From positions 310,001 to 374,000 of the forward strand of contig MFPR01000004.1 in assembly GCA_001784175.1 (NCBI GenBank): a stretch of DNA of 64,000 nt, read 5' to 3'. Shown here one piece after another: positions 19,987 through 30,017 of the stretch (positions are counted from its first letter, which is position 1; each line of letters starts with the position of its first letter). Source of the stretch: Candidatus Lindowbacteria bacterium RIFCSPLOWO2_12_FULL_62_27 (GTDB lineage Bacteria > Lindowbacteria > 2-12-FULL-62-27). The notes below the pieces were generated by a model. It was not told where the DNA came from. It made no database searches and was given only the letters and a program-made list of their open reading frames with translations. Both the position numbers and the translations under genes were made by a program.

Positions 19987-21525
19987 TTAAGGCCCCCTGA
20001 GTACGCGCAACGCCTCCGCTACCTCGCGACCCCTGGCATCGATGAGAGCCAGTAGTTCCTCCGGCGTGCGGGTGTCTTCGTCGGATTTTGCGTTGGGGTT
20101 GACGGCTTTCAGGTCGTAGGTCTTCTGTTCGATTCCGGCGCGGGTGACGGTCCAGCTTCGGGGGCCGGCGGCGCGGGCGGGCAGGAGCCGAAAGAAGTCT
20201 TCAAATTTATCCAGCGTGAAGGGCGTCTTCTTGCCAACTTTGATGTCGGAGAGGTCGTAATACCAGATGCGTTCGGTGGGCTTGCCCTTGGTGAAAAAGA
20301 GGAGATTGGTTTTGACGCCGGCGCCGGCGGCGGTGAAGACGCCGCCCGGGAGGCTCACGATGCACCAGAGGTCACATTCGTCGAGGAGTTTTCGCTTGGT
20401 CTGGACGAAGGCCGTCTCGTTGGTGCGGAAGAGCACGCCCTCGTCGAGAACGATGCCGCACCGGCCGCCCGGTTTCAGGCTGTCGATGACGTGCTGGAGA
20501 AACAACACCTGCGTGGCGCCCGTCTTGTACGGAAAGCGCGTCTGCGCCTCTTTGCCCTCCTTGCCGCCGAAGGGCGGGTTCATCAGGATCACGTCGAACT
20601 GCGTGGGGGCGTCGGTGAAAAGGCCGCCGTAATTTTCCGCGCCCGTCAGGGTGTTGCCGTGCCAGAGGTGCGGCTCGTCGATGTTGTGGAGCACCAGATT
20701 GGCGAGCGCGATCGGATAAATCGCGTTGTCTTTTTCGCGGCCGTAAAACGTGCGGCGTTTCAACGTCTCAAGCTGGTCCGGCGATTGGATGTTGGCGTTG
20801 TTTTGTCCGGCCATGTGTTCAAAGGCCTGCGCCAGAAATCCGCCTGTGCCGCAGCCAGGATCGTACACGGTCTCGCCGATTTTGGGGTCGATGACCTTGA
20901 CCATCGCCCGGATGATCTCGCGGGGCGTGAAAAACTGGCCGCCGTCGTTGCCCTTTTCACCCATTTTCAAAAGAAGCCCCTCGTAAATCTGCGAGAGGGT
21001 AAACACGTGGGTCGGATCGACGTTTTCGGCGCTGATCTCATGAACCTTGTCGAGAATGTCGAGCAAATTCCGTTCGGTGTCGATCCGCGTCCGTTCCACG
21101 CCCGAAAAAATTTCGGAGATCACTTTTTGCCGGGGCGCCGCGTTCGGCCGGTCCCGGAGGGCTTTGAGACGCAAAATAAGATCGGTGTTGACGAAGCCGA
21201 AGAACGAGCCGAGCGATCCGTTTTGAAGCTCCCGGCGTTTCGGCCCGTCGGGAGCGGCCCAATCGCGCCAGCGGTAGGGTTCCTCGAGCGACGGCCGAAA
21301 TTCCGCGCCGACCGCCTCGGCCTCCTCCATCTCCCGCGCCTCGCGCTCGTCCAGAATCCGCAAAAACAAAATCCATGTCAGCTCCGGCACGTACTGGAGC
21401 GCCCCCGCGCAATTCGACCGGCGCATGACGTCGCAGATCGATTTGACGGCGCCGTTGACCGACTGCTGGGTGGCGAGGCGTTTGCCGTTGCCGTTCGCTT
21501 TATCGCCCTTCCGCTGTCTGGCCAT
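19987..21525 (-). CDS. hsdM: Type I R-M methyltransferase subunit
   Basis: GQFFTPR, YDPGCGTGGF, NPPFGG. Confidence 0.95.
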   Translation of the reverse strand: MARQRKGDKANGNGKRLATQQSVNGAVKSICDVMRRSNCAGALQYVPELTWILFLRILDEREAREMEEAEAVGAEFRPSLEEPYRWRDWAAPDGPKRRELQNGSLGSFFGFVNTDLILRLKALRDRPNAAPRQKVISEIFSGVERTRIDTERNLLDILDKVHEISAENVDPTHVFTLSQIYEGLLLKMGEKGNDGGQFFTPREIIRAMVKVIDPKIGETVYDPGCGTGGFLAQAFEHMAGQNNANIQSPDQLETLKRRTFYGREKDNAIYPIALANLVLHNIDEPHLWHGNTLTGAENYGGLFTDAPTQFDVILMNPPFGGKEGKEAQTRFPYKTGATQVLFLQHVIDSLKPGGRCGIVLDEGVLFRTNETAFVQTKRKLLDECDLWCIVSLPGGVFTAAGAGVKTNLLFFTKGKPTERIWYYDLSDIKVGKKTPFTLDKFEDFFRLLPARAAGPRSWTVTRAGIEQKTYDLKAVNPNAKSDEDTRTPEELLALIDARGREVAEALRVLRGP

Positions 21526-21526
21526 A

Positions 21527-22177
21527 TCAGAGTTCTCCGTTGAACGCCCGCCGCAACAACGCCGCCGGCAGGTGGTTGAGCGCGGCGAGTTGCGCCTCGG
21601 CTGCGGCGCGGGCGCGGACGACCGCCGACATCTGCTCGTTCAAAACCGCCGCAATCCGCTTCTGCTCCGCCATCGGCGGGAGGGGGAGTTCCAATTGAGC
21701 CAGATAATTTTCGGGAACTCGCTGCTGACCGACAGATCCGCTAAAATGCGCCGTGGCCTTTTGTAATACCCACGGTTGAAGAATGAATTGATGCACCCAT
21801 TCGGAAATGACCTCCGCCTCCGGACGTAAAACGTGAAATTCTGTGGAACCAAATCCGATACCGTCCGTCAGATTTCGAGCGATGGCATGTTTTCCATTTT
21901 GCATACAAGGGGTGATTTTCTCGAAAAGAACATCGCCTTCTCCAAAATATGTGTATCCCTTCCGAACTTCGACATACCGTTTTAACTCAGGCCGAGAAAT
22001 ACCTTTTCCTCCCTCATCCACAGCGGACATCGGAACGAATGTCGTGATTACATCATCTGATCGTTTGAGTTCAGGCCTTCGAGGATTGATCTCGCACACC
22101 TCCCCCAGCCGCACCCAGCGCCAGCCGGCGGGGAGGGATTTTTCGGAGCGCGGCGGGGCTTGAGTTTGGGCTGTCAT
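21527..22177 (-). CDS. hsdS: Type I R-M specificity subunit, half-size (one TRD)
   Basis: LPAGWRWVRLGEVC, GSTEFHVL, PLPPMAEQKRIA, LLRRAFNGEL; 216 aa. Confidence 0.9.
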   Translation of the reverse strand: MTAQTQAPPRSEKSLPAGWRWVRLGEVCEINPRRPELKRSDDVITTFVPMSAVDEGGKGISRPELKRYVEVRKGYTYFGEGDVLFEKITPCMQNGKHAIARNLTDGIGFGSTEFHVLRPEAEVISEWVHQFILQPWVLQKATAHFSGSVGQQRVPENYLAQLELPLPPMAEQKRIAAVLNEQMSAVVRARAAAEAQLAALNHLPAALLRRAFNGEL

Positions 22178-24021
22178 TTAGAGGACCGACGATCCGGCAC
22201 GGCCACGTACTTCTGATTTCTGGCCGGCGGGTAGGCGGGGTTCGTATAGGCGAGAAGACCTTCCTTGACCATGGGCGTCAGATAAAAGGCGACGAGATAA
22301 TGGCGGTACTTTCCGGTTTCCAGGGCGATCTCCTCGGACGATCTCGGCGATTGGCAGAAAAGAAGAATCCGGTTCTTCAGGCGTTCCGTTTTGCTAACTG
22401 GTTTTTGCACGTGGGTTTTGCTAACTGGTTTTTGCTGATAGGTTTTGCCAACACCTTGTTGCACATGGGGTTTTCTTAATAGATTTTTCTTTATCGTTTT
22501 TTCTTTATACATTTTCCTCAAAGCGCCCGGAACCTTGTATGTCGCCCATCGGCGCGAACTTTCCTGGATGAGGAGTCCCCGGTTGCGAAGTCTCGTCAGT
22601 AGATCGGTGACATCGGCGCGGTGCAAGCCGGTCAGGGCTTGGACGGAGGCGTTGTTGACGGATTCATCCGCCGTGCGTGCGTGGATGAGCACCATTTGTT
22701 CCTGCTCCGTCAGAGCGCCCATCCCTTCCAATGCAGGTTGACCCTTCGGCGAAGGAAACTTGGCGCATTTGGCCAGCCATGTTCTGTCCTGGTCGGATAG
22801 CAAGTGAACCAGTTTCAGAGTCAGCTTGAATTCGTATCGTTCCGTGTCGCTGGTCAAGGACGGGAGCTTCAGTCCGGCCTTTCTCCAAGTGCGCAGTATT
22901 TTCGGCAGGCCAGTCCCCGCCTCCTCGGCCAGATTCACGTGTCTGAACATCCGCAGGAGGATCGGATTCCTCGGATCGGAACGATCGCCGGTGAGCAAAT
23001 CCTCTTCGGAAACCCGCGACGATCCCGGGTTGCGGAACATAAACTCCTGTGAGGACGCCTTAACCAGAAGCGACGCCTGCTCGGCGTAATCTGCGTGAGC
23101 CAGCAAGTTGACCAGCGCCTCCCGCAAGGCTTCGTGGGCCGGCGTTTCGGACAGGCGGTGCGGGCCCGAAAGTTTGAATGGCGTTTTCAATGGCTCAACC
23201 AAACGCGGGTAGATTTTGAAGAACGCGTCATAGAGGTTGCCCTCCCAGGCGATCCGGTGCTCCCACCGCTGGTCGGATTCAGCCGTCTCCAGCGGCACAA
23301 TGCGAAAATCGATCAGGTGCCGGGGACGCATGCCCATGAACGCCTCCGGCATGCCAAACATCAAAACCGCCGCGCGGGTGATGCCCTCCTGTTCTGTCTC
23401 CCGGTCTTTTCGATACCCGCCTATGGCCGCCAGAAATCGCGCGTCGGTGTAGGCATTCCAGGGACTGGCCTGATTAAACTCGCGAAACCGCTGTCGATAC
23501 GATTTGAACGTTTCCTTGTCCAAATCCTTCCACGAATATCCTTTCAAGATCGCGGAGTCGGCGCTTTCCACGCTGGCGTCGCGGATCATCCGATCGACTT
23601 CCTGTTTGGTGCATCGGTAATCCCCCTCGTTACGCCGGACGAATGTCCCCTTATAGGGATTCCCATTGATGTGAACCGGCCGCTCTTTCGTCGAAGCCGC
23701 GCGAACACGCATGACAATGATGTCTTTCCAGTCAGGCTCGATCTGAATGTCATCCGGGCCACAGACCTCAAGGGAGATTTTCTGCGCATTTCGCATCAGG
23801 TTAAAAACATCCTGTTTCATCTTGGGGGCGTTCTTGATTCCTTCAATATTGAATTTCGATTTTGTTTCGGTCACGCCCAAGAGGAGCAGGCCGCCGCTTG
23901 TATTGGCAAACGCGCCGACCGTCTCCCAAAGACTTTCGGGCAGGCCGCCCTGCGCGGATTTGACCTCGATTTCGAGACTCTCGGTTATTTCGAGCCGTTC
24001 AAGCAATGTGTCGATGTTCAT
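22174..24021 (-). CDS. Schlafen/AlbA_2 + HATPase_c_4-type ATP-binding protein with C-terminal wHTH
   Basis: EVKSAQGGLPESLWETVGAFANTSGG, ALREALVNLLAHADY, RNPILLRMF, EEAGTG. Confidence 0.85.
   Translation of the reverse strand: MNIDTLLERLEITESLEIEVKSAQGGLPESLWETVGAFANTSGGLLLLGVTETKSKFNIEGIKNAPKMKQDVFNLMRNAQKISLEVCGPDDIQIEPDWKDIIVMRVRAASTKERPVHINGNPYKGTFVRRNEGDYRCTKQEVDRMIRDASVESADSAILKGYSWKDLDKETFKSYRQRFREFNQASPWNAYTDARFLAAIGGYRKDRETEQEGITRAAVLMFGMPEAFMGMRPRHLIDFRIVPLETAESDQRWEHRIAWEGNLYDAFFKIYPRLVEPLKTPFKLSGPHRLSETPAHEALREALVNLLAHADYAEQASLLVKASSQEFMFRNPGSSRVSEEDLLTGDRSDPRNPILLRMFRHVNLAEEAGTGLPKILRTWRKAGLKLPSLTSDTERYEFKLTLKLVHLLSDQDRTWLAKCAKFPSPKGQPALEGMGALTEQEQMVLIHARTADESVNNASVQALTGLHRADVTDLLTRLRNRGLLIQESSRRWATYKVPGALRKMYKEKTIKKNLLRKPHVQQGVGKTYQQKPVSKTHVQKPVSKTERLKNRILLFCQSPRSSEEIALETGKYRHYLVAFYLTPMVKEGLLAYTNPAYPPARNQKYVAVPDRRSSK
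22388..22468. repeat. 27-bp coding tandem repeat x3 (QKPVSKT-like)
   Basis: GTTTTGCTAACTGGTTTTTGC at 22388 and 22415; degenerate third unit at 22442. Confidence 0.8.
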
Positions 24022-26387
24022 GCCGCGAACATCAGCTCCTTGGTTTGCCGGAGGACATCCGCGGGGTTCCCGAGGGCCTTGAGCGCCGCGAGACCGCCGG
24101 CGCGGGTGATGTCGGGCGTCTTGAATATCTGGGGATTCTCCAGGGCGTCGGTGCCGCTTAGGACGAACTGTTCGGCGAGGGCTTTGATCGTCGCGGCAGT
24201 CACGTCGGGCAGATTCGCGAGCCAGCCGTCATGTTTGTACGAAAACGCGTCAACACGCTCGCGACGGGTTTTGGGCTGAAGGCCGTATCCGAGTTCGGCC
24301 AGGACATCGTACAGATCAAACTCCAGCATGGATTCCAGCTCCTGCACCAGGAGCGCCGACCGGCCGGCTTCGGGAAGACACGCGAGAAGATCGCGGCGTT
24401 CGGCCGGGGTGATCCAGCGCGACCGAAACATTTCCAGATTGGGCGCGCCGGCGACCAACTTGGCGGCGAGTTGGCGTTTGTATTCCTCGACGGTGACCGG
24501 CATGGCGCGGCCGTCGACTTGGGAGACGATGAATCGCCCCGCGTCGCTGATCCGAACGTCAAAGCCGTGTACCAGAACCTGCGGTTCGGGCGGCGGAGGT
24601 TCGACAGGTCCCTTGTGCGGTCTCGGCGTGAATTTGGTTTTGAAGTCCTGGCCAAAGAGGCGGGTGGCGTTCGTATAATCGTAAACGCGAAACATCAGTT
24701 TGCCGCTCGGTACGTGAATGCGCGTACCCCGGCCGACCATCTGGTAAAAGGCGATGGGCGAGCGGACGTACTTGAAGAACACGATGTTTCGGACGGCGGG
24801 CACGTCCACGCCGGTGGTGAGAAGTTCAACCGTGGTCGCGATGAAATGCGAGCGGGACGCGCCGCGAAGATCGGGGAGGTAATCACCGCCGCCGCTTGCC
24901 GCCGTGCATTTGAAGGCGAACGGCTCGGCGCGCGCCTTGCCGTTTTTGGCGCACCAATCGGCGTACAGATTGTTCAGCGCGACAGCAACATCATCGGCGT
25001 GCCGGTCGCGGACACAGTAGATGATTGCCTTTTGTTCCGGCCCGCCGGTGTCGATCAGATACAGGAACAAATCCTGACACATGGCAATGACGCGGTCGGG
25101 CAGAAGGATTCGGTCCTCGTATTCCGTTTTTTCATACAAATCCTTGATCTGTTCGAGGCTCACAGGCAAGCCGGTTCGGGCGTCGATCGGATTTCGTTTA
25201 ATAATGTCTTCGACGGTGATTCCCGTATCGTCGATGTTGACGCGGCCTTTTTGGATTTCGCAGGCGGCAAGGTAGCCGTCCTCGATGCCCTGGCCCATAT
25301 CGTATTCATAAACCGGGTCACCGAAATATTTGAGGTTGTCAGCGCTGATCGTCAGATCAGCCTTGGTTTCGGGGGTGTCCTCGGTCGTGACAAGCTCGCG
25401 GGGCGTCGCGGTGAGACCGACCTGGACGGCATTCGGATTGCGCTTGAGCACCATGCTCCATTTATTCCATGCGGACCGGTGGCACTCGTCGATGATGATG
25501 TGGCTGAAATAGTCAGCGTCATAGTTTCGGATGAGAAACAGCGCGTTGTCGTCGGGGTTTGACACGTTCAGGGTCTGGTAGGTGGCGATGTGGATTCTCG
25601 CGTTTTTGGCGTGGTTTGTGCCGTCGGGTTCCGCATAAACTTCGGCCGCGTCTGATCCGAACTCGTTTTGAAACGCGCCAAGGGCCTGACTGCGAAGTTC
25701 GTCGCGGTCGCAGACGAAGAGCGCGCGGCGCAGAAGCCCAGCGGTGGCGATGCGCTTGAGGATCTGGACGGCGATGAAGGTTTTTCCTGCGCCGGTGGCA
25801 AGAGAGAGGAGAGCGCGTTTGGGTTCGGCCGTGTGTTCGCCCCGCGCGATTTTTTCAAACACGGCGCGGATGGCGGCGTCCTGATAATACCGGCGCGTGG
25901 CCTCGCCGCCGCTGTAACGGATCAGCAGGGGTTTGGCTGCCGGCTCGTCGAGATTGAATCCCATGTGCTGTTCATACCGGAGGCGAAGATCGCCGGGCGC
26001 AGGGAACTCGGCCAAGGGACGAGGTTGCGACGTCAAGCCGGTGAATTTGTCGTACTCGACAAACAGATGTCCGTTACTGGAAAATGCAAACGGCACGTTG
26101 AGCCGTTTACAGATGGAATAGGATTTGGCCTGCTCAAGGCCGTGGCCCGGCGGCAGATTTTCGGCCTTGGCCTCAATGAGCGCCACGGCAACAGGCTGGG
26201 TATCCGGATTCACTTTGATGCGGAGAACATAATCGACGCGCCCTCGCGGGCGGCGGCGGGGCCGGCCGTCGATGATTTCAACGCCGCCGGCCGTCTCCTC
26301 CCGGCGGATGAGGTCCTCCGTCCAGCCACGTTTGTGGATGGCCGGATCGATCAGTTTGGCGCGCGTATCGGATTCGTTCAGGCTCAT
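24018..26387 (-). CDS. hsdR: Type I restriction endonuclease subunit R (EcoAI/EcoEI-like)
   Basis: ESDTRAKLID, VDYVL..IEAK, ATGAGKT, DECHRS, LTATP, QMVGRGTR; start moved to ATG 26387. Confidence 0.93.
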   Translation of the reverse strand: MSLNESDTRAKLIDPAIHKRGWTEDLIRREETAGGVEIIDGRPRRRPRGRVDYVLRIKVNPDTQPVAVALIEAKAENLPPGHGLEQAKSYSICKRLNVPFAFSSNGHLFVEYDKFTGLTSQPRPLAEFPAPGDLRLRYEQHMGFNLDEPAAKPLLIRYSGGEATRRYYQDAAIRAVFEKIARGEHTAEPKRALLSLATGAGKTFIAVQILKRIATAGLLRRALFVCDRDELRSQALGAFQNEFGSDAAEVYAEPDGTNHAKNARIHIATYQTLNVSNPDDNALFLIRNYDADYFSHIIIDECHRSAWNKWSMVLKRNPNAVQVGLTATPRELVTTEDTPETKADLTISADNLKYFGDPVYEYDMGQGIEDGYLAACEIQKGRVNIDDTGITVEDIIKRNPIDARTGLPVSLEQIKDLYEKTEYEDRILLPDRVIAMCQDLFLYLIDTGGPEQKAIIYCVRDRHADDVAVALNNLYADWCAKNGKARAEPFAFKCTAASGGGDYLPDLRGASRSHFIATTVELLTTGVDVPAVRNIVFFKYVRSPIAFYQMVGRGTRIHVPSGKLMFRVYDYTNATRLFGQDFKTKFTPRPHKGPVEPPPPEPQVLVHGFDVRISDAGRFIVSQVDGRAMPVTVEEYKRQLAAKLVAGAPNLEMFRSRWITPAERRDLLACLPEAGRSALLVQELESMLEFDLYDVLAELGYGLQPKTRRERVDAFSYKHDGWLANLPDVTAATIKALAEQFVLSGTDALENPQIFKTPDITRAGGLAALKALGNPADVLRQTKELMFAA

Positions 26388-26605
26388 GCTTGGCCCGTTT
26401 TGACGATAGACATTGTTTTGCGCTTTGGAGAAATAAAAACCCGGTTGCTGAGCGACGTTCTTTTCCTTCGTAATTCCCGATTCCAAGCGTACTTTTTTTT
26501 TCTCATCGCTGTCCTCCTGCAGGCACAGTAATTGTCCGGCGCCCATTTGACAAGAATACGATGTTGCCGCAACAATAGTCCATTCGGCGGGAAAGGAAGG
26601 CAGAC

Positions 26606-26854
26606 ATGGAGAATCTCCGAAGGCGCTTCTACAAGTGGAACAAAAGGTTGGTTCAGAAGGATGAAGCCGGCCTGTCGAAACTGCGGATATGGCATCGGCG
26701 GAAGAAGGGCAAACAGTCGCCGAGCATTCTGGTCAAGTGCGGGGACTGTGACAGCAAGTTTGAAATCTATTACGGAGGGGAAGACTTGGAGATCGGCGGG
26801 GTGCTGGCGTCGAAGGTCGAGTGGCGGCGGGTGTTCCTGCCGCTTTTAAAATAG
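26606..26854 (+). CDS. Small hypothetical protein with CxxC
   Basis: 82 aa ORF with purine-rich RBS; KCGDC. Confidence 0.5.
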   Translation: MENLRRRFYKWNKRLVQKDEAGLSKLRIWHRRKKGKQSPSILVKCGDCDSKFEIYYGGEDLEIGGVLASKVEWRRVFLPLLK

Positions 26855-26879
26855 CGTCAATGTTCTGAATGAATGGCGG

Positions 26880-28373
26880 TCAGTACGCGCCTCCCGTTTT
26901 GTGAAACGCCGGCATCGACAGGGTTTCCCCGATGGGCAGGATATCCGACGCGGCGGATTTGAGGGCCTGCGGGGCGTCCGACGGGAAGGCGGCAAGGGTG
27001 ACGACGCATCCGGACGCGACGGCCTCGGAGACGGCCGGGGCGAGGGACGCGGTGTGCGAGGCGAGGACAATTTTGCCTGAGCCGGGCGAATAGGCCCGGA
27101 TGTCGGAGGCGAGCGCTTCGAGCCACGGTTCGGGTCCTCCAGGGTCGATCGTCCAGGAACGGACCAGATATCCGAATTCCTCGAGGGCGCGTTTGAAGGC
27201 GGCGGCGTTGGATCCGGCGCGTTCGAGGACATAGGCGACGGCGGCGCCGAGTTTGGCGTTTCCCGTGGCCGCCGCGAGAAATGCCTGAAAATCAATTCGA
27301 AGATTGCGGGCGCGCGCCGGAAAAAAAAGCGAGTGCGTGTCCAGAAGGACGACGACGCGTCCCGGATCGCGCGCGGCCGGCGGCCGGGCGCCATCTTTTT
27401 TCTCGGTCAGTTTGGCGTTGAGCGTATCGAGCCGCCGGCGCAGGCCTTCCGCCTCCTGGTGGACTCTGTTCAGGGAGTCGGCCAGCCGGCGGTTTTCCTC
27501 CGATTTTTCCTTGAGGGCTGATTCCGCCGCCGCGCGGACTTTGAGGTCCGCTTCCAGCTTGGTGACCTTTTCGGACAGTTTCTCGCGCTCATATTCGGCC
27601 TTGCGAAGATCCCGTTCGGAAACGCCGCGATCATGCCGGGCGCGGAGAGCGTCGAGTTCCTGGGTCAGGTTGGCCTTGTCGGTTTGAAGGCGTGAAATTT
27701 CTGCGCGAAGCCCGGAAAGTTTTTCGTCCCGGTCGTGGACATCTTTTTTCAACTGCTCAACCGTCAGTTTCAGTTCCGACAACTGCTGCTTTTCGCGCGC
27801 GTCCACACGAAAGGATTTTGCCAGGAGATGTTTCAGTTCGGCCAGGTCGGATTCCGCCGTTTTGAGGGACTCTTCGACATCGGGCGGAATGCGTTTCGAC
27901 GGCGCCGCCTCCTCGGCACTTTCCTCTTTTCCGGAGTCCGCGCTTTCCCGCGGGATCAGGCTCTTGGCCGCCGACAGGGCCAGCGCCATCGACCGGGCGG
28001 AACGGGCCAGCCCGCCGCGGCCGTCCATCCGAAGCGCGTAGATGATCTGACCGGGCCGGACCCCGGGGCCGAATTTGTCCGGTTTGGAAAGATTGTCTTC
28101 GATTTCGCGGACCGTCATGCGGGAGATATTTTCACGCAAAGTGCCGGTCGCCGCGTCCAGCGCCTGAATGAAGACCCGCTGGTCCTCCCGGTCCGATTCC
28201 AAAAACACGTCCGCGAGCGCGCAGGCCATGTCCCAAGCCGGGACGGATTTCAGCCGGACGCCGGAGAATTCTAATCCGAATCCTTGACAGAGAGACAGAA
28301 GACGGTCGCGAGACAGCGTTTCGTGCAGGACAACGGCGAATTCGTACGACCGGAAGTCGGGCGGCGTCATCAA
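26880..28373 (-). CDS. Coiled-coil protein with C-terminal degenerate NYN/LabA (PIN-like) domain
   Basis: Long heptad region then VVLLDTHSL...IDF...AVAY...IVLAS...L.SAASDILPI, the NYN pattern. Confidence 0.7.
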   Translation of the reverse strand: MMTPPDFRSYEFAVVLHETLSRDRLLSLCQGFGLEFSGVRLKSVPAWDMACALADVFLESDREDQRVFIQALDAATGTLRENISRMTVREIEDNLSKPDKFGPGVRPGQIIYALRMDGRGGLARSARSMALALSAAKSLIPRESADSGKEESAEEAAPSKRIPPDVEESLKTAESDLAELKHLLAKSFRVDAREKQQLSELKLTVEQLKKDVHDRDEKLSGLRAEISRLQTDKANLTQELDALRARHDRGVSERDLRKAEYEREKLSEKVTKLEADLKVRAAAESALKEKSEENRRLADSLNRVHQEAEGLRRRLDTLNAKLTEKKDGARPPAARDPGRVVVLLDTHSLFFPARARNLRIDFQAFLAAATGNAKLGAAVAYVLERAGSNAAAFKRALEEFGYLVRSWTIDPGGPEPWLEALASDIRAYSPGSGKIVLASHTASLAPAVSEAVASGCVVTLAAFPSDAPQALKSAASDILPIGETLSMPAFHKTGGAY

Positions 28374-28430
28374 GGGAATTATATCAACAACCCCGTGGTT
28401 GTAAACAGGAAATTTGGCGCACGTTCGACG

Positions 28431-30017
28431 CTACGCGGAATGGGGGGCCCGGACCGCCGAGTGGCGCTTGAACCGCCGGTCATCCGGCCGCGGGAAGTCC
28501 GAACGGAAATGTGCGCCGCGCGATTCGCGGCGCCACAAGGCGCGGTGGACGACGAGGCCCGCCAAAGTCAGCATGTTTTGGAGTTCCATGCCCGCCGGGT
28601 CGCGGAATTGCCGGCCGAGGGAGTAGCGCTGCCAGAAGCGGATGCGGTCCTCGGCCTCCTTGAGGGATTCGGCGTGACGTTCCAGACCCACGTTTCTTGA
28701 CATCAGGGACCGCAGGCTGATCCGGACGTCCTCCACGTCGAGGTCCGGGCCGGCGGCGCCGGCGACCACGTGTTTGAGTCGGCCCGGCGTTCGGCGGCGC
28801 GGTTCATCCAGCGCCGCCTGAATGGCGCGCCGGCCGAACACCAACCCCTCGAGTAGAGAGTTCGACGCCAGCCGGTTCGCGCCATGCACGCCCGTTGAGG
28901 AAACTTCGCCGATCGCGTAGAGACCCGGCACGTCCGTCCGGCCCGACAGGTCCGTTCGAACGCCGCCCATGGTGTAGTGGGCCGCCGGCCGCACCGGAAT
29001 CGGGCGGCGGTGCGGGTCCAGCCCAAACGCCCGAAGGACGCCGCCGATGGTGGGGAACCGTGACGATAGTTTTTTTCTGAGCGGCCGAAGATCGAGGAAG
29101 ACGGAGGTGGCGTTCGTGCGCCGCATTTCTTTGAGGATCGCCCGCGCCACCACATCGCGCGGTGCGAGTTCCGCGTCGGGATGATATCGAGGCATGAACC
29201 GCTCCCCGGCCTCGTTCCGAAGCACCGCGCCTTCGCCGCGGGCCGCCTCGGAGATCAGGAAACGGGGCGCGCCGGCCAGATACAGCGTCGTCGGATGGAA
29301 CTGTACAAACTCCACGTCCGACAACGTCGCGCCCGCCCGGTAGGCTGCCGCCAATCCGTCTCCGGTCGCCACCGGAGGATTCGTGCTCTCGCGGAAGAGT
29401 CGCGCAAAGCCGCCGCTCGCCAGAATGACCGACCGCGCCCACACGCAGGTGAGAACTCCACCGGCGGACAGAAACAGTCCACCGACCGCGCGGCCGCGGT
29501 CCACCAGAATGTCGATCAGAAAATGGTGCGGCATGAGCTGAATGTTGGGCCGGCCGGAAATTTTTTCCAGGAGATATGTCTGAATGACCCGGCCGGTCGC
29601 GTCGCCTGCCGCGTGAAGGACCCGCTCGGCGCTGTGCGCGCCCTCCCTCGTGAACGCCAGTTCCCCGCCGCGGCGGTCGAAGGGCACACCGAGCCGGATC
29701 AGCCACTCGACCGCCGCCGGGCCCTCCGACGTCAGGACGCGGACGCTTGAAAGATCGCAAAGGCCCGCCCCGGCCCGGATCGTGTCCTGCTCGTGCTGCT
29801 CCACGCTGTCCTTGCGCGACAGCGCCGCCGCCACGCCTCCCTGCGCAAAATAGGTGTTCGCTTCCGTCGTGCGGCCTTTGCACGCGATGAAAATTTCCGC
29901 GCGGGCCGGCGCGGAAAGCGCCGCGGTCAGGCCCGCCACGCCGCCGCCGACGATCAGCGCGTCGACCCGGCGTTCGGGAAGAAACGCCGTATCAAACGAG
30001 ATCAGCGCCCGTTTCAC
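28431..30017 (-). CDS. nadB: L-aspartate oxidase
   Basis: GGGVAG, AQGGVAA, TREGAHS, FVQFHPT, ELAPRDVV, HYTMGG, HGANRLASNSLLEG, ESRGAH; GTG start 30017. Confidence 0.96.
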   Translation of the reverse strand: MKRALISFDTAFLPERRVDALIVGGGVAGLTAALSAPARAEIFIACKGRTTEANTYFAQGGVAAALSRKDSVEQHEQDTIRAGAGLCDLSSVRVLTSEGPAAVEWLIRLGVPFDRRGGELAFTREGAHSAERVLHAAGDATGRVIQTYLLEKISGRPNIQLMPHHFLIDILVDRGRAVGGLFLSAGGVLTCVWARSVILASGGFARLFRESTNPPVATGDGLAAAYRAGATLSDVEFVQFHPTTLYLAGAPRFLISEAARGEGAVLRNEAGERFMPRYHPDAELAPRDVVARAILKEMRRTNATSVFLDLRPLRKKLSSRFPTIGGVLRAFGLDPHRRPIPVRPAAHYTMGGVRTDLSGRTDVPGLYAIGEVSSTGVHGANRLASNSLLEGLVFGRRAIQAALDEPRRRTPGRLKHVVAGAAGPDLDVEDVRISLRSLMSRNVGLERHAESLKEAEDRIRFWQRYSLGRQFRDPAGMELQNMLTLAGLVVHRALWRRESRGAHFRSDFPRPDDRRFKRHSAVRAPHSA

